Source of the DNA: Bryobacterales bacterium
Lineage (GTDB): Bacteria; Acidobacteriota; Terriglobia; Bryobacterales; Bryobacteraceae
DNA: 64,000 nucleotides
Direction of reading: 5' to 3'
Assembly: GCA_963764105.1 (NCBI GenBank)
Contig: CAVXRP010000011.1
Location: forward strand, 70,851 to 134,850
This document shows, one piece after another, positions 10,362 through 18,676 of this stretch (position 1 is its first letter; the number at the start of each line of letters is the position of its first letter). The translations under genes were made by a program, and so were the position numbers. The notes below the pieces were generated by a model that saw only the letters and a list, made by a program, of their open reading frames with translations, did not search any database and had not been told where the DNA came from.

Positions 10362-10624
10362 GGTCCCAGAATACGAGTCTCCCTGGGAGGGAGATATCTG
10401 TGCTGGCCATATTAGCCCGAAGCAGCCGATCGCTGCTAAGGCCATTTCTTGCCTGTTGCAAAGTGAACGATGCGCCAATGTGATTGTGTGAAGTCGCGCG
10501 GTGTTAAGGCATACTCCGATCTCGGGGCCGGGCGGATTACCCAACACATTGGCGTTGATCGTGAGGCATCGGGCCCAGGGAGGCTTGTATCGCCGCGCTT
10601 GTAGGTCTAAAGTTAAGGTTATGA

Positions 10625-10828
10625 GCCGCCAAACAAGCCAATTGCTTTGAGGCATTCGACGCTTTGCCGATCGAAGAAAAGCGGGCCTTTACAGCAGAGT
10701 TTTTCCGCCGCGCGATCCCGTTCGATTTGGGGCCGCTCGATGACGAAGAAACGGCTCGCGCTGCCGATGCAATTCTCGGCATGGTGGATGCAGAAGAGCC
10801 AGGCGAGAATGACGCCGCGTCGAGGTGA
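10625..10828 (+). pseudogene. antitoxin remnant (no start codon)
   Basis: Start-less reading frame ..FDALPIEEKRAFTAEFFRRAIPFDLGPLDDEETARAADAILGMVDAEEPGE... Its TGA overlaps the first codons of the MazF-like ORF, the classical antitoxin position. Confidence 0.35.
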
Positions 10829-11070
10829 GGTTTGGCTGTGGGATCTCGGCATGATCGAGAAAGTCCGGCCCGCTCTCGTGATGAGTGTCAGTTACGGCGA
10901 CCTTGATCGCGCTGATTACTGTTGTACCGGAATTCGAGATCACTGTTCCAGTAGCGTTCCTGAAACCCGGTGCCTTCCTAGTGTTCACATTCCCGTTTCC
11001 ACGGCCGCTGCGGCGTTTCCTGGGAATAGTCTCTCGCGTGGCGGCTGCCCATTCTTTATCCGGTTTATAG
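10809..11070 (+). pseudogene. PemK/MazF-family toxin, frameshifted and shortened
   Basis: MTPRRGEVWLWDLGMIEKVRPALVMSV in one frame continues as ..LITVVPEFEITVPVAFLKPGAFLV.. in the +1 frame (switch near 10910). Parts of the expected core are missing. Confidence 0.55.
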
Positions 11071-11380
11071 ATTTTCGATCACACCGGCGGCACGATCTCG
11101 CACCAGCATACGATCCCTCGTGTGATGCAGACACCCTACTATTAAGCTTTCGTCCGGGCTTATTTCAAGATATGGCGCATACGGAAAGTTGCGCAGATTG
11201 CACCGCCGCAATTGCCCGAAATGCAGGGGCATATCCCTCAGGATTCGCTTCAATCCGGTCAACGGCTTCGTCCACTCTCTCAACGAACTCGTCGCCCAAG
11301 CTGTCTTTCTCCCGCTCGTAGTGATCAGCAATGCGAGCGACGTCACCTAACGCCTGACGCGTGAAACGCGAGAGCTTCAA
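11065..11380 (-). pseudogene. ParE/RelE-family toxin, frameshifted
   Basis: N-terminus FTRQALGDVARIADHYEREKDSLGDEFVERVDEAVDRIEANPEGY in one frame. C-terminus LRRCNLRNFPYAPYLEISPDESLIVGCLHHTRD in another. Confidence 0.6.
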
Positions 11381-11556
11381 CGGAGCACGGACTGCTTGAG
11401 AGACTGGCGGAACTTGCGGATCTCCTCAAGGCCTGTCTTGCGATCGACGCTCTCTTTTTCGTCGGCATCAATCGTCAGCATGCGTTCTTCCAGTATCCGG
11501 CGCGTTTCGTCGTCAATCTCTGGCTTCGTGCCGGGTCGAGTGGGGTGGGTTGCCAT
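11377..11556 (-). CDS. type II antitoxin
   Basis: Small ORF immediately upstream of the ParE-like remnant and overlapping it by 4 nt. The likely start is the internal ATG giving MATHPTRPGTKPEIDDETRR... Confidence 0.5.
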   Translation of the reverse strand: MATHPTRPGTKPEIDDETRRILEERMLTIDADEKESVDRKTGLEEIRKFRQSLKQSVLR

Positions 11557-12045
11557 GGCTTTTTCCCACTGCCAATTGTTGCGCATCTGCACGGCGATCG
11601 CCCATTCAGGTAGTGTCCTAACGTTGCACCTTTAGCGTGGGACACTACCCGCTTAACGTGCGAAGCGCGTGGAGTTCGGTGCGCATCGATGGCGTACCTT
11701 GACCATACAGTGCCGCTCGCTAAATGCGATGTTTCCCTATTCTGTTCGATGCGGCTTTCAGCACTACAAGCGGCCCAATTGCTGGCGATTACGGCGATCG
11801 TCACTCCTGCCCAACCGGACGCGATTCCGCTCGACGCTGCTCCCAAGGCTGGCGCGGGCGGCTGAGCAGTGGGAAACGCTGGGAAGCGGGCGGATTGTAA
11901 GCAATGTTGTCGATCCCACGCAGACGCCCGTTTTGCCGTCACCGTCGAAGGCGACCGGGGGCGCCGAAAGAGTATCGGTCGCACCTGAACGTTCTTGACG
12001 CGAAGGCAGTCCAAAAGAGAGATGCCCCCCATTCCCACGATCTCC

Positions 12046-14490
12046 TCAGCGACGAACTCGCCCGATAATCGGGCTCGAACTCGCCCCTAGCGCTCTCTTC
12101 AGCGCCTGCTGAGCTTCACTCAAATTTCGCATTGCAGACGCGTCAATCGGGTCCTTCTGTAAGGCGTTCCTCGACAGTTCAGTGACTTCGCGGCAGAGTT
12201 GCGCAGCCATCTCCTTGGCATGCATGGAGAGCTCCGCATCGATCGCCCAAATATCACACAGCGCCAATGCCGCGGCCGCTTCCGCATCCGACCTATCCTT
12301 TGAATAGAGATCCCGTAAGGTGGAAAGCCCAGCGCGTATTAGGCGCACTCCTTCTTGTGTTCGCCCGTCAAAAATCATAGATCTTCCCAGCGCCACTTGC
12401 GAAAATCCTTCTATGCTCTGCCAGCCTGGATCGCGAGTCCTTTGCGCGGCCAATTGTTTGCTTGCCAGTAACAAAGCTTGCTTTGCATGGGGCAGAGCCT
12501 CCTGGTACTCCTTGGTGTCCACCAGCAGCATGGAGAAATCGACTTCGGCCATCGCCAGATAGCCGGTGGCCAGTTCATTCGATTGCATTCCGTGTGGTCC
12601 ATGGAGGATAGTCAACGCTGCTTCAAAATGTTGCCTCGCCTCCCTATATCGCTGCATACGCCAGAGCGCGCCACCGGTCATTGCCTCCATGCTGGCAACG
12701 TAAGGAAATCCGATAGGATTCTCGATATTTGCATCGCGCCACCGCTTGAAGCGCGCTAAAGTCTCCAACTGCCCTTTGAGCCCTTCTTCACACTTTCCCG
12801 CATAAGGCGCTTGTTCGTTACCAACGTAGTCGGTCGCTAGATTCCAACAGGAATTAGCCGCGCGCAAGTAATTTAGACCCTGCGCGGGTCCGGCAAAGAT
12901 GGGCTGTGCCAGCGCGCACGCCTCTTGGTGGTAGGCAATGGCTTGGCGGAGTTCACCGGATTGAACCAGCAGACCGCCAAGCTGCGATAACAGGTAGGCT
13001 AGCTGTCCGCGATCCACAATGTCGCCAGTCTTGCCGAATACGTTTCTGCGCAATTGAACCGCTTTGATCATGTTTTTGCGAGCCTGTTCGCGATCAACGT
13101 CGGATTGCGCCATCATGCGTTGGGTGCGCGCGATCAGAAAATACGCCTGCGCCAGTTCGCGGGTCAGCGGCACATCGCCTTGCGCATCCGCCGACATACG
13201 GTCCAAATACTCAAGGTTTCGCTGGGCTATTAAATTTCGCGCGTCCGTTGTGCCCGGCAACGCTTCTAATTTACGATCGACTTCGCCCAGGTACGACTGC
13301 ACCAGCTTCCGTCCGTTTTGGTAGCGGCGTTCGGCGATCGCCGCCTGCGCCTGCGCCACCGCATACCCGTGCCATACCGCGAACGCGGCCAGAGTGATGG
13401 CTACAAACGAAACCGCCGCGATCCCTACGATTGCCCTTCGTCGTTTGACGAACTTGCCTATCCTGTAGAGCAGGGCATCAGGTCGTGCCCGAACCGGCAG
13501 CTGGAGCAAGTAGCGGTCCAGGTCGGCCGCAAACGCTTCAACCGTTCGGTAGCGCCGGCTGGGTTCGCGATGGAGCGCCTGCCGGAGGATGGTGTCCAAA
13601 TCACCCCGCAACGTGCGCTTTAGAGACTTGGCATTGGTTCGTCTTGCCTCCGCCGCCCCTGCTGCCACGGCCTCGCTGACCAGTCTTGGTTCTGTTTCGG
13701 TCAGCAGGCGAATCGCCTCGGGTGGCGGAAGGCCGGCCACCGGATGGGGAAGCGAGCCGCTCAACAGTTCGAATAGCAACGCGGCCAACGAGTATACGTC
13801 GCTTCCTGTGCCGATCGGTTCACGAGACACCTGTTCCGGACTGGCATAACTGGGGGTGAGTAGCTGGACCGTTAAAGCGCCGTCGTCTGGCGCGGTGTCC
13901 AGCCATTTCGCAATGCCGAAGTCGAGCAGCTTGGGATCGCCACTGGAAGTAACCAGAATGTTGTCTGGTTTCAAATCCCGATGGACGATCAGATTCTGGT
14001 GCGCACTCTGAACCGCTTCGCAAATCCGTATGAACAGCTGAATGCGCTCGCGCACACTCAACTTTCCCTCATCGCAGAATTCGTCGATCCGTCGCCCTTC
14101 CACATACTCCATGACAAGGTAAGGGCGGCCATCCTCTGTCACACCGCCATCCAGCAGGCGCGCGATTCCAGGATGATTCAAGCGCGCAAGCGTTTGGCGC
14201 TCGCGCACAAAACGCTTCAGCGCATCACCAGACCCGATGTGGCCCTGGACTACCTTGATGGCTACCTTCTGTGAATAAGCTGCATCGGCCCGTTCAGCGG
14301 AATAAACAGAACCCATGCCGCCATGGCCGATTAAATTGAGAATGCGATAGGAGCCCATCCGCCTGCCGGGCGGCAGCAAGTCGATAGCGTGTAAACTCCA
14401 TCCGATATTGGCGAACAACGCTTCCGATTGCGTCTCGAGCGTGAGCAACTCCTTAATCTCAGAGCGAAGCTGTGGTTCGTCGCCGCACAT
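12046..14490 (-). CDS. serine/threonine protein kinase with TM helix and C-terminal TPR-like sensor region
   Basis: Kinase motifs GHGGMGSVY, VAIKVV, HRDLKPDNIL, DFGIAK and SPEQ. TM segment IVGIAAVSFVAITLAAFAVW. A conserved-looking N-terminal segment continues in frame upstream to a CTG at 14580 (see findings). Confidence 0.9.
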   Translation of the reverse strand: MCGDEPQLRSEIKELLTLETQSEALFANIGWSLHAIDLLPPGRRMGSYRILNLIGHGGMGSVYSAERADAAYSQKVAIKVVQGHIGSGDALKRFVRERQTLARLNHPGIARLLDGGVTEDGRPYLVMEYVEGRRIDEFCDEGKLSVRERIQLFIRICEAVQSAHQNLIVHRDLKPDNILVTSSGDPKLLDFGIAKWLDTAPDDGALTVQLLTPSYASPEQVSREPIGTGSDVYSLAALLFELLSGSLPHPVAGLPPPEAIRLLTETEPRLVSEAVAAGAAEARRTNAKSLKRTLRGDLDTILRQALHREPSRRYRTVEAFAADLDRYLLQLPVRARPDALLYRIGKFVKRRRAIVGIAAVSFVAITLAAFAVWHGYAVAQAQAAIAERRYQNGRKLVQSYLGEVDRKLEALPGTTDARNLIAQRNLEYLDRMSADAQGDVPLTRELAQAYFLIARTQRMMAQSDVDREQARKNMIKAVQLRRNVFGKTGDIVDRGQLAYLLSQLGGLLVQSGELRQAIAYHQEACALAQPIFAGPAQGLNYLRAANSCWNLATDYVGNEQAPYAGKCEEGLKGQLETLARFKRWRDANIENPIGFPYVASMEAMTGGALWRMQRYREARQHFEAALTILHGPHGMQSNELATGYLAMAEVDFSMLLVDTKEYQEALPHAKQALLLASKQLAAQRTRDPGWQSIEGFSQVALGRSMIFDGRTQEGVRLIRAGLSTLRDLYSKDRSDAEAAAALALCDIWAIDAELSMHAKEMAAQLCREVTELSRNALQKDPIDASAMRNLSEAQQALKRALGASSSPIIGRVRR

Positions 14491-14576
14491 GGCTTCCAGA
14501 AAGCTCTGGCGGCGTTCTTCCGGCTGCTCTAGTGCCGCCTCCAGCAGCCCCCTGACTCGCGCCCAGTGCTCCGCCG

Positions 14577-15128
14577 TCAGGTCGTTGCTCCACGTCCGAG
14601 TTCCCGTGCCAACCAGAGTTTTGCTGAAGCCCAGTCTCGATCCGCCGTGGCTGGAGAGACGGCTAGGACTTCGGCCACCTGGGAGGAATTTAATCCGCCA
14701 AAAAGCCGCAGTTCGGCCACCCTTCCTTGGCGCGCATCCAGGCCGTGGAGTTCTTCCAATAAATGGTCGATGTGGAAAAAATCGGTAGCGGATTGATTCG
14801 CCAGAGATTCCACCAGGCTCAATGTTACTTGCTGAAGACCGCCGGCGCGTTTTTGAGCATTGCGCCGCTCGGCATGAGAGGCCAGGACGCGCCGCATCAA
14901 AGTTGCGGCCAGACCAAGTACCTGCGCCTCGTTCTGCCAGTCGACTTTGTGCTGCTGAAGAAGCCGCAAGTAAGCTTCGTGAACTAGCGCTGTCGGTTGC
15001 AAAGTATGGTTGCGCCGCTCATTTCGCAGGTAGCTCCGAGCCAAACGGCGCAGTTCGGAATAAAGCGCCGGAACCAATTCATCTAGCGATACTGGCGCGG
15101 GCCGCGCTGCCGGGTCTGTTTGTTCCAT
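14577..15128 (-). CDS. ECF-type RNA polymerase sigma factor (kinase-associated ECF family)
   Basis: 183 aa. Region 2-like ALVHEAYLRLL. Region 4 HTH ELRLFGGLNSSQVAEVLAVSPATADRDWASAKLWL. Immediately upstream of and overlapping the kinase gene. Confidence 0.88.
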   Translation of the reverse strand: MEQTDPAARPAPVSLDELVPALYSELRRLARSYLRNERRNHTLQPTALVHEAYLRLLQQHKVDWQNEAQVLGLAATLMRRVLASHAERRNAQKRAGGLQQVTLSLVESLANQSATDFFHIDHLLEELHGLDARQGRVAELRLFGGLNSSQVAEVLAVSPATADRDWASAKLWLARELGRGATT

Positions 15129-15263
15129 TGCGTTGGCCGCAGACCTTTGGTAGAAGTCGGCTTGCTACCAGTATATCGGCCGATTCGCCACTCGGCCATG
15201 GTCCAGGCGGCGCCGCAGTAGCGGTACCGCCTAGACCAGCGAACTATTGAGCCCCTATAAAAA

Positions 15264-15968
15264 TTACTGTTTGCGGAGCTTGCGAGTGGCAAGCCCAACG
15301 AGACTCAAACCCGCACCGAGCAACAAGTTGGTAGAGGGTTCCGGCGTGGCGGAAACCGGCGCGCCGCCCACTGCATCGATGTTTGTAAATGTTAGCGATC
15401 CTCCGGCAGCCGCATTTGAGAAATGAAGAATTCCCCCACTGATCGGTGCCGCATTGTTTGATGAAAAGCCGATGAAGTCGCTCGAATACTGGTTCAAGAA
15501 CGCCAGCAACGTGGCTTGGTCGCCAGCTCCCAGTGCGGTCACGATGGACGCTTCTGAAGTTCCGCCAAAAACTTGACTCCAGGTCTCGGTACCCAGGGCC
15601 GTGTTATAGACACCCTCATTCACCGCAACGCTGACGCCGGTGCTTGAATAGAGGCCCAACGCCGTGGCGACACCGCTCGATATGAATTCCGGAACGGTCT
15701 CGGTGATTGGGAAAGTACCGCCGGGAATGAAGTGCGTTTGGCCGGTAAATGGGTTGGTGATCCCCACCCCTTTGGTGCCCGTTAAGGTCCCGCCATTGGC
15801 GTCGTAAACGAAGTAATCGTCATATTGGTTACTGGTAAGTGAAATGCTTCCGGTAAAGGTAGTCTGTGGACTAACCGCTGAGGCAGACAATATCCCCGCG
15901 CTGGCAAAGCTCAGCGCGACTAGGACACGAAAAGATTTTGACAAAATGTTTCCTCCATGGAAAAGCAA
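15264..15968 (-). CDS. PEP-CTERM sorting domain protein
   Basis: Signal peptide plus C-terminal TPEPSTNLLLGAGLSLVGLATRKLRKQ (PEP motif, TM helix, basic tail). Confidence 0.8.
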   Translation of the reverse strand: MLFHGGNILSKSFRVLVALSFASAGILSASAVSPQTTFTGSISLTSNQYDDYFVYDANGGTLTGTKGVGITNPFTGQTHFIPGGTFPITETVPEFISSGVATALGLYSSTGVSVAVNEGVYNTALGTETWSQVFGGTSEASIVTALGAGDQATLLAFLNQYSSDFIGFSSNNAAPISGGILHFSNAAAGGSLTFTNIDAVGGAPVSATPEPSTNLLLGAGLSLVGLATRKLRKQ

Positions 15969-16590
15969 TTAAACGTTAGGAGACTGGCTCCATACGATAA
16001 CGTCGAAATCGCATCCATGAATCCTCACAGCGAAGTACTAGCCGAGCGCCTCCGAGTACTGGGGTACTTTTGCTTCCGGCGCCTGCTGGCAAACCCTCAT
16101 CCCCCCTGTGAATCCGAGGAATCGTGGCTGCTCTTGCCTGCGCTGCGCCACCACCGCCGAACGCGCCTTCCAACGCGAACTCCGTCTCCTTCAACAGTTC
16201 TGTAAAGCCCACCCCTCGGTTGAAAGCCGCCCCGCTGCCCCCGCTTCGAACCCGCAGAACCCCATCCCAAACCTCGGGCTCGCCTCACCGTCGTGGGCGA
16301 AGATCCAACTAGCTAGCCCCACAGGCCTTACCCTGCTTCTCGAGAACATTGGCGGCATCAAAAATAGGGTCCCACGGCCGTATTGCCCTCCAGCCAAATC
16401 GCTGCCCGGCCGACCGCCGCCGCATGGTGAGCATTCTTGTCGGCAGGCAGCGTTCGGGTGGCCCGGGGCTTGTAATCCTGTGCTCATCCGTTCGGCGCCG
16501 AGAAAAATGAGTGACATTGTGTTAGCCTGTAAGTCGTTCCTAAGAACACGCTAAGTCCGCTTAGTTTCGCGGACCGGTAAGACCCAAGTC

Positions 16591-18069
16591 ATGTCGCTGC
16601 AAGTTTTTTTGCAAGCTCAAATCTCCGGCACTGAACGCTTCCTGACCGCTCCCTCCGCTGAGCAGCAGGATTCCATGGCGGATTTAAGTGGGCGTTGCGC
16701 CTGGCTGACGCTCGCCTGCGAAGTTCTACCGCGCGCGCTCCTTGCTGAACTGAAACTTTCGCCGATGCTGCTGGGTTCGAGCAGCGCCGAGCAGTTTCTG
16801 CTGGTGCTGGCGGAAGAAGACGTCGCGCGCGCCAACGATTTCCTGACGCGCGCGGCTGAAGAAATGGCCAAGCTGTCCGGCAGCACGCTGCGGCTGGTTT
16901 GGGCGAGCACCGAAAATCTGGGCGCTTGGCCCATTGCGCGTAAGCGGCTGGATGACGAGTTGCTCGCGAAGACGGTCGCGCCTCTGGCGGCAAGCGCCAA
17001 CGACTGGACGCAAGCCTTCGCGCCTTTCCTGCCGGCCGATACGGAAAAGGGCGACGCATATTTTGAAAAGTTCGGACTGGGCTTGGCCACTGCGCGCCAA
17101 GTGGGCTGGTCTGCTGATCAGCCGGCGCATCTTGTGTGGGACGGCGGACAATATAGCTGGACGCTCAAAGAACAATCGGGCGGTGAGGACGATGGCATTC
17201 TGTTCCCGCGCCGCTTTGCCATGGATGAGAACGGCAGCCATCCCAGTACGTTGCCTGAGCTGGCCGAGCGCCCTAGCGGCGCGCACAAGTGGGGTATTTT
17301 GCGCGGCGATGTGGATCATTTCGATCTGCAATTGCGGCGTGTCGCGTCGATTGAAGAACATATTCACCTTTCGGTATTGTTCAAAGAATTTTTCGCAGGC
17401 GAACTGGCGGTGCTGTGTACGCTGCCGGAGTTCTGGCGCAAAGTGACGATTCTCTATCGCGGTGGGGAAGATTTCGCGGTGGTCGGCACCTGGGATGCAC
17501 TGGTGCCGTTAGCACGCGAAATACAGCGACTGTTTGAAAAGTTCGTGGAACAAAATACCGCCATGTTTCCGAGTCTGGAAGCGCGCAGTATCAGCATGGC
17601 TATGGCGATTGCGCCCGATGCGGCCAGTCCGGCCGGCGCGATTTTTCAGGAGGCAGGCGTGCAGTTGCAAGCCGCCAAAGCGAGTGAGGTCGGCGGCTTC
17701 CGGCTTTTCGACCGCACGCTCGAGTGGAAGCGTTTAGGCGATGCCGAAGAGTTGAAGAGCAGCTTGATGCGTTTGGTGCGGGATTTTCGTTTTTCGCCCG
17801 ACTATGTGCATGATCTAGCTTCGGTGTATCGTGAATCGTTTTCGGCGCGCGCCCTGCGCCGCGGCAAAGGGATGAAAATCGATAAGCCGTGGCGCACGTT
17901 TATGCGCCTGTCAACGGTGATTCCGCAAGGGCGCGGCAAGGAATTGAATAACGTCCGGAACGCCGTGATCACGAATTTGGTGGGCAAGAAAACGGCTGGG
18001 TTGAAATTGCGACCTTCGGGCCGGGTGGGATTGGAGTGGGCGCGGCTGGCAGCCGGCGCCGATGAATAA
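16591..18069 (+). CDS. cas10: miniaturised Cas10/Csm1-like large subunit (Palm1 + Palm2, no HD domain, no Zn finger)
   Basis: Palm1-like LQAQISGTERFL, LSGRCAWLTL and GSSSAEQFLLVL. Palm2 WGILRGDVDHFD and ILYRGGEDFAVVGTWD (GGDD-equivalent), then SISMAMAIA. First gene of a csm-type operon. Only 492 aa, with an in-frame TAA 13 codons upstream of the ATG. Confidence 0.75.
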   Translation: MSLQVFLQAQISGTERFLTAPSAEQQDSMADLSGRCAWLTLACEVLPRALLAELKLSPMLLGSSSAEQFLLVLAEEDVARANDFLTRAAEEMAKLSGSTLRLVWASTENLGAWPIARKRLDDELLAKTVAPLAASANDWTQAFAPFLPADTEKGDAYFEKFGLGLATARQVGWSADQPAHLVWDGGQYSWTLKEQSGGEDDGILFPRRFAMDENGSHPSTLPELAERPSGAHKWGILRGDVDHFDLQLRRVASIEEHIHLSVLFKEFFAGELAVLCTLPEFWRKVTILYRGGEDFAVVGTWDALVPLAREIQRLFEKFVEQNTAMFPSLEARSISMAMAIAPDAASPAGAIFQEAGVQLQAAKASEVGGFRLFDRTLEWKRLGDAEELKSSLMRLVRDFRFSPDYVHDLASVYRESFSARALRRGKGMKIDKPWRTFMRLSTVIPQGRGKELNNVRNAVITNLVGKKTAGLKLRPSGRVGLEWARLAAGADE

Positions 18070-18103
18070 TCCGCGTGAAGCGTTAAGAAAAAAGGATTGA
18101 GCA

Positions 18104-18661
18104 ATGCCTGAAACAGAAGAAAAGAAACCCGAGGAGCGTAAAGGCGGCGACCGGCCAGCGCGCGAAGGGCGACCCAGTGGTCCGGGCGGCAGTGGCCCGC
18201 GTGGCGAGAATCGCGGCCCTGGCGGCGGCGATCGGGGCCGAGGCCCGGGAGGCGACCGGGGCGGTCCCGGTGGCGATCGCGGGCGCGGCGGACCGGCTGG
18301 CGACCGGCGCGGCGAAGGTCCGCCCGACATGGATATCGAGAAGTTGATTGCCGATCCGTTATATCTCGACAATCAGGCGCACGTGGTGGTCAGCCGCATG
18401 CGCGACATGGATTCCGGCACGAAGAGCCAGTTGCGCCGGCTCTATAACGCGGTGCGCCGTGCCACGCGAGCGCCCGAGAGCGAGCGCCAGCATGAATTTG
18501 TCATGGTGCGGGCGCGTTTGGCGTACACCATCGCGCGCCATTCCTTGCGCAGTCTAGACGCTCTGGAGCGTCTGCTGCTGCAAGTCACGCGCAAAAACGA
18601 TACGCGGGGCTACGAACGCTTCCGCGATCTGTTTGAAGCCATCATTGCTTATAACGAATAG
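18104..18661 (+). CDS. csm2: Cas11/Csm2-like small subunit with N-terminal Gly/Arg/Pro-rich extension
   Basis: The C-terminal ~105 aa are helical with Csm2-like landmarks (TKSQLRRLYNAV, RARLAYTIARH, FRDLFEAIIAYNE). The N-terminal ~75 aa are GGDRGRGPGGDRGGPGGDRGRGGPAGDRRG-type low complexity. AAGGA lies 9 nt before the ATG. Confidence 0.7.
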   Translation: MPETEEKKPEERKGGDRPAREGRPSGPGGSGPRGENRGPGGGDRGRGPGGDRGGPGGDRGRGGPAGDRRGEGPPDMDIEKLIADPLYLDNQAHVVVSRMRDMDSGTKSQLRRLYNAVRRATRAPESERQHEFVMVRARLAYTIARHSLRSLDALERLLLQVTRKNDTRGYERFRDLFEAIIAYNE

Positions 18662-18676
18662 GGTTGGGTTTTATTC

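Noticed and set aside
10647-11321. 224-aa plus-strand ORF.
   Set aside because: Only residues around PRRGEVWLWDLGMIEKVRPALVMSV are meaningful (MazF-like). The remainder is out-of-frame read-through of the decayed toxin and intergenic DNA.
11475-12038. 187-aa minus-strand ORF between the TA cluster and the kinase gene.
   Set aside because: It has no recognisable motifs or signal, it overlaps the antitoxin ORF, and it has biased composition. It is treated as non-coding.
16108-16554. 148-aa ORF upstream of cas10, considered as a possible detached HD-domain remnant.
   Set aside because: It has no H...HD...D pattern, and it has a Pro/Ala/Ser-biased composition and overlaps antisense ORFs. It is probably non-coding.
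17911-18372. 153-aa minus-strand ORF with PRSPPGP repeats.
   Set aside because: It is the antisense image of the GGDRG-encoding repeats at the csm2 5-prime end.
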